NCBI GenBank assembly: GCA_030141605.1 | Contig: JAQGDQ010000497.1 | Location: 62,001 to 126,000, forward strand | Origin: Tubiluchus corallicola | Lineage: Eukaryota > Animalia > Priapulida | DNA length: 64,000 nt | Direction: 5' to 3' | Part shown: positions 63,251-64,000 of the stretch, one piece after another | Position numbering within the stretch: the stretch's first letter is position 1 | Layout: every line of letters starts with the position of its first letter | Program-made: the position numbers and the translations under genes | Notes under the pieces: model-generated | What the model saw: only the letters and a program-made list of their open reading frames with translations | Database searches by the model: none | Told to the model about the DNA's origin: nothing

Positions 63251-64000
63251 ATAAGTGTTCAAAAATAACTACACTTTCAATCAATGCTTTTTTATATTGC
63301 ATTCCTAAGTAGGTAGTTTATGCAGTAAATTAAATACAAATTAACTGTAGCTATAATTTAAAAAGATACTTCAAATTGTAGTATTTTGTACGAGATACAT
63401 GTGCCTATGTGAGTATTTATAGTATATAAATTACTGAGAATTTTGTTTTTAAAATAAGAAGTAAAAGGTATAAAATGCAGGTACAGTGAGATTTAGATTA
63501 AAAAGTTTACACAGTCATGACAAATTTATTGTTATAATGACAACTTTACAAATACTCATTAAACTGTTTTTACGTTTTACCCAAAGATTTACTAAATTAT
63601 ATCTTCAAAAATGTAAGCTAGATGCTGGAACTTACATGAATCATCTAACACGTACGCAAATACCAAAAACAGATTCAGATCTTAAACGACAATGAAACGA
63701 ACTGAGCCACAAAATATAACAAAAAAGATAACAAACTAGATGAATAATACAATGTATCTCCAACACATTCAAGCCCACACTTACTGAATCAAGACAACAA
63801 CTAGGATACCCTAAGTAAAAATTTTGATATAATTAAATAAGCCATTTTCTAACATAGAAAAAATTAACAAACAGAAACATTACAAAATGGTTTAATGCTC
63901 TGAATAGAGGTGAAAGCAACTTCTCAAATCAGTTATGCGAATAAGCCTAAACAAAGCTGCAGCAAGCTACCGGTATTAATGAACAGACATCAGCATACAT

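Noticed and set aside
63480-64000. A-rich segment as a degraded retroelement or coding region
   Set aside because: No recognisable motif and many stops.

Overview
AT-rich, intron-rich animal (probably marine invertebrate) genomic DNA, not prokaryotic. I rebuilt six protein-coding genes by hand with frame-consistent splice junctions. They are the 3' part of PRPF38A (+), a 20-coding-exon eIF4G2/NAT1/DAP5 (-), a single-CRD galectin with an unusual Pro/Gly, His/Lys and poly-Ser C-terminal tail (+), HSPBP1 (+), CDC16/APC6 (-) and MTFP1 (+). eIF4G2/galectin and CDC16/MTFP1 are head-to-head pairs. Introns are packed with TA-flanked pogo/Tigger-like, TTAA piggyBac-like and hAT MITEs, Helitron-like pieces, truncated LINEs, tRNA- and 5S-derived SINE remnants, and six long, homogeneous minisatellites. 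Most notable: (i) the eIF4G2 GUG start, with an in-frame upstream AUG lying between two candidate acceptors, followed by a GC-AG intron; (ii) the galectin with a PRR13-like basic/poly-Ser tail; (iii) minisatellites in three consecutive eIF4G2 introns, one starting flush with the splice donor. No CRISPR, rRNA or intact tRNA gene was seen. All homology calls are from recognition of motifs, not from database searches.
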